This document shows positions 54,213 to 64,000 of a DNA stretch of 64,000 bases, piece after piece (position 1 is the first letter of the stretch; each line of letters begins with the position of its first letter). A program made the position numbers and the translations under genes. Origin of the DNA: Tubiluchus corallicola (Eukaryota; Animalia; Priapulida); the NCBI GenBank assembly GCA_030141605.1, contig JAQGDQ010000120.1:248001-312000 (forward strand), written 5' to 3'. The notes below the pieces were generated by a model that searched no databases, was not told the origin of the DNA, and saw only the letters and a program-made list of their open reading frames with translations.

Positions 54213-54250
54213 CACACTGCAGTCACTGTTTTGTTGTGTTTAGAATACAT
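54213..54250 (-). CDS. WDR83: Candidate first coding exon of WDR83 (MYSKHNKTVTAV-C), or uORF of the jagunal mRNA
   Basis: atatttcAG|ATG TAT TCT AAA ... GCA GTG TG|GTAAGC gives 38 nt in phase 2. It is in frame with 52597 and yields 312 aa, a normal WDR83 size. The peptide itself is not conserved, so this is inference. Confidence 0.55.
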
Positions 54251-54769
54251 CTGAAATATAAAAACTACTATATTATATATAATGTATAATCAGCTCACAG
54301 TTCTGTTGTATTCTAATATTTTTACATAGACAGACCAAAAGGACAGCTAAGCTTCAAATAAAAGGAGATTAAACCCAAACTTACTCAGGATTCAAAGGAA
54401 AATTTATTGTTCAATTAACAGAGTTAGAATAGATTAATATTACTAGCAATTGCAATTGCTCATACATGTTACATACTATGTACCTTAATTACACAGAACC
54501 TGTATACTTCATTATTTAAACTGTGAACTAGACGTGCAAGATACAAATATTAATTAGCTAAGTTAGATGAGGTACTAATGGTTAGGAAACACTGTCATAT
54601 ACTGTACTGTTACTGTACCATGTAATTTTACACACTTTCAGTATTACAGTTTTTAAGCAGGATCATTTTAATAGAATAATTAAAGAAATGGAAAAAATCA
54701 CAATACTTCTTCAAAAAATATTTGTATTTGTAAGCAGGTGACTTAGTCAGGAATAAGTTGTTTGCTGAG

Positions 54770-54862
54770 TACAGGGTCAGAAAAAATAATTACGGTTCAT
54801 TTCATACATTATGAATTTTGAAACTGTCTCCAGTCATGATTAAACACAAAAGTAGCTGCCGA
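54770..54862. repeat. Copy 2 of the ~57-bp dispersed direct repeat
   Basis: tacagggtcag...acattatgaattttgaaactgtctccagtcatgattaaacacaaaagtagctgccga. Confidence 0.8.
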
Positions 54863-57149
54863 AAGAAAACCACATATTTTCATTATCCAATTATTATTTC
54901 CAAGATTTTAATAAACCAATTTTTAAATGAATGTACATTATGGTGCCAAGCAAAAAGCAAATATTTATATAGTTTAGTTTATTAAAAAAAGACATGATCA
55001 CCATCAACTAAAGTTCAAGCTGCACTAAAGTGACATTAAAACTGAATGAAGTTTGTCTAATTTGTCTGCATAGTACAATTTTTAACAAGTATTAACAAGT
55101 AATTAAGTAAATCACACTAGCTATTATAAGTGAACGTATTAATATTTGTCTGATGTTATACAAGAATTTTCACTGAAACAAATCTGAAATATAATATTTA
55201 GGATAAGTATCTGAAATAAAGAATCAAGTGGGCATTGCCTCTCTAATAGGTAAATAGTCGACTGATAATGGACAATGTAGGCATTCTGTAATTACTCAGT
55301 AAATACCGTAAAGACGTGTATACAAATAACACAAATAAGTGCCAGAGCCTTAGTACTTTTTAAGAATTTGATTTGCTGTTCACCAATCAGAAATGTATAT
55401 ATTTATTACATTACATTATTAGAAATAAATAGCAATGATTGTACTACTATGCATTGCCACTCTGATATAGGAATAAGCCAAGCCACTGCAACACATATGT
55501 GTGCTTGCAAACCAAAACTGTCTGTAAGTCGACATACTTAAAACTACGTTATGATGCTTCAAAGAAGAATGCACGAAAAATTTGGTCAAATAATTTAGCA
55601 AATGCTAAACATACTGCTCTTTCATATTCCGGCATCAAATTATCAAGAAAATGTATAAAAGATACTAGAAATCTATTTTATAACCCCGTACCCACTTTTC
55701 TGGTTAGAAACTAGCAATGTAATTGTAAAAAACTTGTATTTTCAAACTTCGATAGCAGCTCGTAGAAGCAATCACTTTGCTTTGGGCTTTTTCTGTTGCC
55801 AAGCCCAGACCTTTGTCAGGAACAGCTATCAACTGAATTTACGCATAGCTTCAATCTGCTCTTGCAAAGTCTGGAGCAACCAACATTTATGCGGTTGCCA
55901 AGTGTTTTGTAAAAACACAACAAAAGACAATGGCTAACTTTAAGAGCGATTTTCTCCAGGTTATGTTTTTCAGTGCATAGCGTGCAGCTCAACTTCAACG
56001 TGGATTATCTCAGCTTAGAAATAACATAGAGTAATGAGTTTGACATCAAAATGATCTTCATGAAATGGAGATTCGGGATATGTGAACAACTAGAAAAGCT
56101 TAATTGCCGACTTATGGACGATTTTGCTATGCAAGCACACATATAGTTGTTTTTGTCTACAGATTTTTGTTGTCCTTGTTTTTCTTGTTTGTTTTTGTTG
56201 TTCCTCCAAAAACATTAATTTATTTATAATTTATTTAATTTGATTATATTAATATGATTATTAGTTACCTTTACTTTTTGTTTGCAGATACTCACCATTC
56301 ATTTTTCTTTAGTTTGAGCCAATGTTTTATTTTCTTGCTTATTGATTTTTTTGCTATTGCTCTTTTTTGCTGTTATCATAAAAAACGTTTCTTTTCGATG
56401 ACACCTATATATTCATATTCGCCGTTGTTATTGTTATTTATAAATCATGACACATTTTAGTACAAGCTAATGCATGGGCACGGCAGGCAGACACACTGAA
56501 GCACACGCATCCATAGAATTTTTTTATGACTAAATAGTTTTTTATCAGTAAACCAAGAAACACACCAGTCCCTTGTTTGTTTGCGCAATCCCCGAGCAGC
56601 CAGCTGATTTGCATAGTGAAGTTCTGTTTATGTATGTCACTTACATAGTGTCGATTCTCTTATCGATTTCCGTTGTCTAGGTAGTTTTTAGCTAACTGTA
56701 ACTGCACTTCTGCATTTAGGGGGTGGGCCAAGGGACCTGGGCCCTCTGTCATGTATGGGCCCCCTCACAATGAGTTTTAAACTAGTGAATTTGCCTGAGG
56801 AAATAGCTTCTAGCAACTGTAAAATGGTCTAAAATGCAGTAAAATTGCATTTAGCTGTGTCCAGTGGGAAAAATGAGCATGCACACAAACATATTAAATT
56901 TTGTATGAAAAATGGGTGGGCTGTAAACTTAACAGTCTCAAATCAGTTTTATGTTTGACTATCCATGTCTTGCTGGATAGATAATCTTGACATTAAATAA
57001 ATTACGCTTAAGTTATGGGTCATCCACATTGTAGTGTATTACGAACTTGCTTTTAAGATATATGACTATTACAATAGAATACAATAAATATTATCTAAGT
57101 AAATGTAGGTAAAATATATTTATTAAAATAGAATTTTTCACGTTTGAGG

Positions 57150-57285
57150 AAGTCTGTGTACCAGAATTTAGATCTCATCTGAGGCCTCCAAATTGTGCTT
57201 AAATACAAGAAAACACTTACAGCGCTCCCCCCAGACCCCCTAGCTGCTTGTGCGTCTAATCCTTTAATCTCTGGCGGCACCGGTG
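57150..57285. mobile_element. GC-rich non-autonomous DNA-element fragment
   Basis: cttacagcgctccccccagaccccctagctg and terminal ggcggcaccggtg are motifs typical of dispersed invertebrate MITE-like repeats. Similar GC-rich fragments occur near 15870, 16400, 44900 and 56720. Confidence 0.5.
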
Positions 57286-58819
57286 AGCTAATGGTTTATT
57301 ATGTTGTTTACAAATCTTTTTTTGTCCCCCAAATTATGTTCATTTGCTTAGATTTATGTACTTGACTAATATTTTTTATTTTGGTTTTCTGTTTATTTAC
57401 AATTAATTGTTATTGCTCTTTTTGTTTTTTTCTCATTTTTTCCTGCAGAACCATTTTTGTCACTATTGTTTTTCTTTTATTAAACCTGTCATTTGAATGA
57501 AAGCACAGGAGACTAGAAGACCCTTTGGTCCCTCCTTGTCCTGCTCCATAATTACATTTATTTAATATTGCATACTGTTGCTGTAAATAACACTGGAGAA
57601 AATAAAATGTTCTGTTCTATGAATTGAAACTAGGCTACAAGAGTTCTGTGGACTCAGTGCCTCGATGAGCTGTGCACGAATGTATTACTATGCACTACTA
57701 GCACAAATCTTTCCATATAGTTACGAATATATTCGACTTTATAAACTCCTTTTGGAGTATAAAAGGGTACACAATACAAAAAAAGTTGCACACTCTGCAA
57801 GGCGCGATTCAGCTGGCAACTTAACGTAGATAGTTGTGTGAGATCATTATTAAGAAATGCCAAAAATTATTTTAAATACTTACAAATGAACAAAGCTAAA
57901 AACCTAAACCTAGACCTAACGCCAACGAACAAATGAACGAGTTTTCGTCAACGTAAAGTTTTCGGCAAGACAAAATGTCTTTAAATGTTAGCTCAGGTTA
58001 ACAATTTCTTGGGAAGGTTTCCCTGATTCCCAAGTAGCTTTGAGTGATGCCGGTCTGGTTAAAGCCCCTGGCATGGCAGTGTTTCGTTTTTTGCTGGTTT
58101 ACCGCTGTGTTTTACCTGCCTTGAGCGCAGATTTCTTTTATTTTAGAATTCTGCCTGCCTAATGTCTAAAGTTGACCTAACGGGCTTATGATGATGATGA
58201 TTCAGTGGTTCATTCTAGATCCTCGTTGGAATTCAGCAAGCAATCGATCTAGGAACGACTGCAGGATCTGTATGCACTGAATATCACGACTCCACATTCA
58301 TTTCTAAATTCCACAATGGCCGTACCAAACGAATATAAACAAATAGATGTTCAATTGTATCTTCTTTAGTATTACACATGGGGCACATTAAATTATTTAT
58401 GTGGGCACTTTTGAAGTTACACTTCAATTCCAACATATTTTATTTAATTTTTAGATAATGACTCATCTTATTCACACCTAATTCAGAAATGTAATTTTGC
58501 TTTTTAGCGTAGATCGACAGGGCGAAGCCTATAAGCAGGCTTTTTGTCAATAGTTATCTCTGTTGGTAACCACTGTTAACCGTTTTATCACACACATTTT
58601 ACATTTACGTTATCTGTCTAAAATTGTCTCAAGTGGAAGTGCCGCTTAGTGACAATTGTCATGGTATGGTGAGCAAGCAAGGCCAGTAGTGGTATGGCGA
58701 AAGGGTTAGTTGTGTTGGTTTATGATAAACTGAAATGGTGTTGCAGAAAGGTTGGATTTTAAAAGCCGTTTAGAGTTCCACTCAGGCTGGAATGGGTTGT
58801 GGAACTTCATTGGATGGTC

Positions 58820-59440
58820 TTCCTAATACATGTCTAGTTTCTTCTTGAATTGATCTGCTGATCTGGTCAGGCAATTCCAATTATTCATCATTCTGAAAAT
58901 GAATCTGTTCTTGCATCTATGCCTGAGTTTTGTAAATCTTGTATTCCGCTCCACGTGGATTAACTGAAAAATATTTTCTGCTATCGATTCTGGTAAGGTT
59001 GTTGTATATACAATACAGCATGATTTGGTCACCTCTTCTTCTGAAACGTTGGGATGGTAAATCCAATCTCTGTATTCTCTCTGCATATGGTAGATCTTTG
59101 ATTGGTAGTACTAACTTGATGACTTTCTGTTGAAAGATTCTACCTTACATACTGTTTGATGTTTGGACGGACACCAAATTACATCGCCGTAGTCTAGTAT
59201 TGGTCTTATGAGTGTTCTGTATAAAACTGCCATCATATCAGTGTCTGTATTGGTGAAAGTTGATTATGTTTCTATTTTTAAATTGACTATGTTTGACAAA
59301 TCTCAATTTGGTCATTTTATTGCATTTTGCTCTGAACTCATCTCCTCCCTTTTTGCTACTTTATTTGTAACCATCTTTTTCCTTTCAGACTTCTTGTTTT
59401 TATTTACTTGTACCATACCACTACTGTTTATTTCATAATA
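58820..59440 (-). mobile_element. CR1-type LINE ORF2 3' remnant
   Basis: Minus strand reads VLYRTLIRPILDYGDVIWCPS (59227-59165; cf. LYKSLVRPxLEYxxxVWxP) and later RNTR...FIFRMMNNWNCL..FKKKLD. Confidence 0.85.
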
Positions 59441-59572
59441 ATTAGCAATTTTTACAGTCTTATCATACCAAGATATCCAATGTAGATTTAACAGTGTCTG
59501 ACAGTTTTACCCTAAGAGTGATACCTATAAATTCTTTGGGACAGGAATTAGTCATTTTAGCAGATACAGGAC

Positions 59573-59785
59573 ATGTCAGGCACATCAAAGCTTATAGCCA
59601 GTGATGGTTGTGATCAGATACGCACAATAGAAGTGGAAGCCTGTGGGGAAGTAACGGCACCACCAAATCAATTTAAAGTAGTGATTTACATACAGAATTC
59701 TAAAAGTGATGTCAGTGAAGCTAAAACCAGCATTGCCCGGCGCATGGATTACATCACTCATATGCTGAAATCACACAAAATCAAG
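59573..59785 (+). CDS. IRAK1BP1: Interleukin-1 receptor-associated kinase 1-binding protein 1 (SIMPL domain), exon 1
   Basis: RTIEVEACGEVTAPPNQFKVVI..SK..SEAKTSIARRMDYI matches the SIMPL/IRAK1BP1 start (REVxVxGxAEVSAxPDRAxV..SxK..EAKxSVxRRLDYI). Donor AAG|GT at 59786, phase 0. Confidence 0.88.
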
Positions 59786-60563
59786 GTTTCTGGTTTTTAC
59801 TAATAAATGAATGTAAATACTAGTAAGTAAATGCATGTCTGATTTTTCAATTCTTTCTCTAGATATTCATAAAATTGCTTTGCATATGAGATATTTTAGT
59901 GATTTAAAACTTTAATATTTACTTCTATAAATTACATCCAAAGATTGCCAAGCAGTCAAATACAGACATTTACATTTTATTGGCTTAACAATGTACTATG
60001 AATTGTTTGAGTTTGTTAAGCTGCTGCATTCTTAAAACTATTTATACACCTGAATAAAAAAGGATGTTAGCAAAATATTTCTACAGGATGCTCCAGAAGA
60101 AAGAATGCAATAGAACAGAAGTATGGTGATATGATGAAATGTACAGTTCAAATCACAATGAAATGTGATTTAGTGTTCAGTCATTTAGTAGGAGATTATA
60201 CTCAATAACTGCTGGAAGTGTACACAGTTCGAGTGCAGACATAAAAGGGGCGACGCTGCATGTTATGAAAAACACTCTGGAGTTCATCACTTTGGATGCT
60301 TTGAACTCCTCTTATCTTGTCCAAAATAACCTGGACTTCTGTATTATTATGTCATAGTGATGTAGAAGTAATATTATGTTTGCATAACTCCACTTTTCCT
60401 GCCATACATTTTGACTTTTATACATTCCAATACATATATATCAGCATATTTCTACTGCTGCTTTTTGAAATACAATGTAGTACTAGTTTACCTGTCTTAC
60501 TGAATAAAGTTCTGCAATTCACCTGTCTTGTTTAGAAATAAAACTTTCTTTTAAACTTTTTAG

Positions 60564-60760
60564 AAAGAGTTTTACAAAGTGCATAAGAGTCTCAAGCGAG
60601 ATCAAGACTTGTACACAGTTAGAGCAGAAGTTTTGATCACTTTCCCAAGTTTAGAAAACTGTGAAATTATTTGCAATTTACTGAGAGAAAAACTAGATGA
60701 GACAGTACATATCGGAGATGTGCAGTTGTGCCATACCCAAGACACTGTAGAAAATGTCAG
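60564..60760 (+). CDS. IRAK1BP1: IRAK1BP1, exon 2
   Basis: ctttttAG|AAA GAG gives AEVLITF..ICNLLREKLDETVHI..HTQDTVENVR. Donor AG|GTAT, phase 2. Confidence 0.88.
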
Positions 60761-61522
60761 GTATAATATAAATTTGGCTTCTATTTTTTGGAAATTTATT
60801 TTTTACTAAGTTTTTTACTTAGGTAAGGGTAATCATTTAGTGTGTCGAGGTTTGTATCAGCTTGTGTTCTGTACCGCCATATTTTATATGCATCATCTGT
60901 TATAGCTAATGTTCAATTTCCAGCCCAGACAGTCTAGTGTTTTTCTTTGTTACTTTCTATATGTTTTAATATTTTATACTAGCATTATGCATTTACTTTG
61001 TGCTGTTTGCATAACTACATCATTTTGTGGTTTCTCTGTTGGAGCCAAATGCTATTCTAATGATAATTGTGAAAATGTTTTATCGAGGTGAAAATTACCT
61101 TACCATAATATGCCCCTGTGTTGGTAAAATTGTGTTACTACAATTATACACTAAGTTACATCTTTGTTACCAGTTTATCACTCTCCATAACACAGATGCA
61201 TTAGTGTTAATTCTGTATCATGTAGAAGTTCTTACTTTCCATACTGTAGGATCCCAACAAATTCACTTGTTTTTCCAACAGTGCCAACTCAGCCAAGTTC
61301 CAGTCTAGAAATGCTTTAGTAAAATTTTAAGATATTGCTAAGCTTGATACATATTTGCATATAATTTATGTTACTATCACAAAATAGCCCCCTCTTCTTT
61401 GTTTGTTTGAGTTCTTGTAAATTCGCTTTACCTAAACTAATTAATTAGTTAATTATTTCATCTTAACAGAAACCCATTTGATAAAATTTATTAAGACATT
61501 TCTGATTTTCTATCCTGCACAG

Positions 61523-61790
61523 AAGGTTAGCAAGCCTGAAAGCAGTAGAAAATGCTAGAGGGAAAGCACAAGGCATGGCACAGATGCTTGAGCAGGACCT
61601 TGGACCACCTGTATCAGTATTTGAAGATTACTGCAAACACTGGGAAGGAAGAGGTGATGAAAGAGAAACTTCTTGTAATGTAAATTTTTTCAGTATGCAA
61701 GAGCGATTAGATCATTTTACAATTACTGCCCTGGCTAAAGTAAAAATAATTTTTGAACTGAAGCAAAAATCACTTGGCAGAAACAGGTGA
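61523..61790 (+). CDS. IRAK1BP1: IRAK1BP1, exon 3
   Basis: ctgcacAG|A AGG TTA gives RRLASLKAVENARGKAQGMAQMLEQDLGPPV..FELKQK (cf. RRQACLxAVENAxxKAQxVxxLVGQxLGxP). TGA at 61788-61790. Confidence 0.88.
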
Positions 61791-62099
61791 TTTTTCCTTT
61801 TGCATGATTAAAGTTATTCTAAGGTTAGTTTTAGCTAGGTTAAGCAGCATTATTGCTGACAAAAAAACTAATTTTAGTCACTTTTTTGCTATTTGTGATG
61901 TCTGAAATCTGGCCACGTGCTAGAAACCCACAAAAAACTCTGCAAGCATGCATCGTTAACAGCGCTACATTTACACTAACTAGTGTTAGTTAGTGTAAAT
62001 TGTTGTGGTTGATAACCAGAATTTAGCTAGTTATCACAGATTATTTTTTTGAAGTGAAACACTGAGCCTGCAGATGTGTCTAAAGTTATGTCTCCATGC

Positions 62100-62735
62100 G
62101 TACCTGATGTGTGATGCGTGATCCGTAATGTGCATACAACAGTTTGCATTTAAACTCAGTATTTCCATGTGTATGTAGTGTGCAATATCTAATGCGTAAT
62201 GTGTATTAATTTGAGCTTGATTGCTATCGTTCGAATACGCATCATGCAACAAACAGTTTTCAAGTTTCTGGTGACCATTTTCGATGATTAGCTTTCTGGA
62301 AGTTCTGGTTTGGTGTATTTTGGTCACTGTAAGATCTATGCACAATAATATTTCGTCTATTTGAGTTTTTTAGAGGTGGAAGAAGCATATAGTCAAGTGA
62401 TGTACACGTACTTGCAGTTCATCTCACTAAATCATGATACGTGTCGTGTTGTTCTCTATCTTGCATAATGTTGTGCACCTCAAGTCTGTGCTTTCTTTTC
62501 CATCTAAGCATACAATAATAAGCTAATGCAACCTCAGTAATTATCATGCTGATGTCTCGACAGAGGCGTGGTTTCTAAAAATTATGGTTTCCAGTTTCCT
62601 CGAACAGCGACCAAAAATGGCAAAAAGAGTGCCGTGAACTTTTTTAATGCACATAACATCCATTGCCACATGGAAACAGTCATTGCTCATCACGCATTAT
62701 GGATCACAGATCACGCATTACGTGCACATGCGGTC
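62100..62735. mobile_element. Decayed element with inverted arms (MITE-like)
   Basis: Left-arm motifs gatgcgtgatccgtaatgtg, tttccatgtg and gtaatgtgtattaa recur reverse-complemented and in mirrored order at 62645-62725 (ttaatgcacataac, cacatggaaa, cattatggatcac). Confidence 0.45.
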
Positions 62736-64000
62736 CTAGTTTTAGTCAAATTCAGTTAGCTTATACATCCTCTCCCAGCAAGGAAAATGGCCAGTGTAGT
62801 AAGGCAGGCAAAATGTCTCAGAAGCAGCCAAAAGCTTTCTGTCCAAAGCTTATTGGTACTATAAAATCCCTGATACCTTTGATATGAAAATGGCATATTA
62901 CAGTTGTTACAATGCCTGTTGCATTTTCAGTACTATTTTTTTAATAACAGGTGATTTCTTCCTTATGCATTACTGAAGTAAGATGTTGCGAGATATAGTA
63001 TGTGTTGGCATTAATGTTTTGTAGGTTAAGTAGCATTATCACTTATCCCATTGTCATTTACTGCATGCTACTGCAAAAATAAGTTGCCTGAGAATGTCTA
63101 CTCTGGGACAGAGTAAGTCGTCTAAATGTTAAATTTACCTTTGACTTGAACACGCTATGCTGTTTCAAAAATGAATTTTTAACGTATTGCTTAGCCTGGA
63201 GAATAATAGCAAGTTTCTGAGTCATTTTTATGTATTATATCTCACTTTAATTAGTATTATATAAAGATTTAGATCTGAGTATATGTTAATATATAAAGGT
63301 TGCTGTATATGAGATAATAAGTTTATATATATACTAATGTATAAATATTTTGTTTCCATTTTAAATGATATAAGTAACAAAATTGCTAATTTTTATGTTT
63401 ACAGTTTGTGAATTTTGTTGTTGTTGATACTTGTAAGCTGTTACTTCATTACTGAGACTGTTGGTGCTTTATATGTAATAATGCAGTACCTGTTGGTAAT
63501 GGAATAGTCCAAAAACTTTGTTTTTGAAAAGTTACATATCTTTGAAAGCGTGAAGTAATAAACTGAAGTTTTTGTCATATTAGACACTGTAGTTTTGTCA
63601 CAGTACAAGAAAGTTAAAATGTCTGTCAAGAATGAAATGATGTGTGGGTGTTAGGAAAAAGAAACTTAGGCTGATCAAATAAAAATTTGCTTAAGCAAAC
63701 AAACATACTGAAACTGTTCATTACTTAAAGATCATATTATCTTACTTGATGAGCTAAGCCTAGTTATTAAAGTTTTAGATATTTTGGAAGATTTCAGTAT
63801 CTGTTTGACCAAAAAATACAGGTGCATTCTTTTTTATTAGCATAAATGGATAAATTGTCATATCTACCTGTAATATCTACATAAAGTATTACAGTAGTAA
63901 TAAAATAGCAGTTGGACATGGCTTTTTTAACCTACTGTTTATTTTGTAAATGAAAATGTCATGAATATTTGAATCCATACGTGTTTTATTTGCAAAAAGG

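Overview
AT-rich, intron-containing eukaryotic DNA that looks like an invertebrate metazoan genome. I saw no prokaryotic features such as CRISPR, rRNA or operons. Five protein-coding genes can be reconstructed by hand from splice signals and reading-frame phase: (1) a secreted Gly/Tyr/Ser/Asn-rich repetitive structural protein (+, 19194-22750, ~679 aa); (2) a type II membrane GH31 glycosidase of the MYORG/KIAA1161 type (+, 32208-35003, 705 aa); (3) jagunal (-, exons 54181-54096 and 42633-42144, 191 aa); (4) WDR83/MORG1 (-, main exon 52597-51697); (5) IRAK1BP1/SIMPL (+, 59573-61790). The most unusual structure is WDR83 lying on the same strand inside the single 11.5-kb coding intron of jagunal. 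Its exon has no start codon and begins with a phase-2 acceptor, like jagunal exon 2. The upstream exon at 54250-54096 carries two ATGs and two phase-2 donors, so one transcription unit may produce two unrelated conserved proteins by alternative splicing and polyadenylation. The remainder is microsatellites and decayed transposons (CR1/L2 LINEs, hAT, Tc1/mariner, Harbinger-type MITEs). All gene models are manual readings without transcript or database support.
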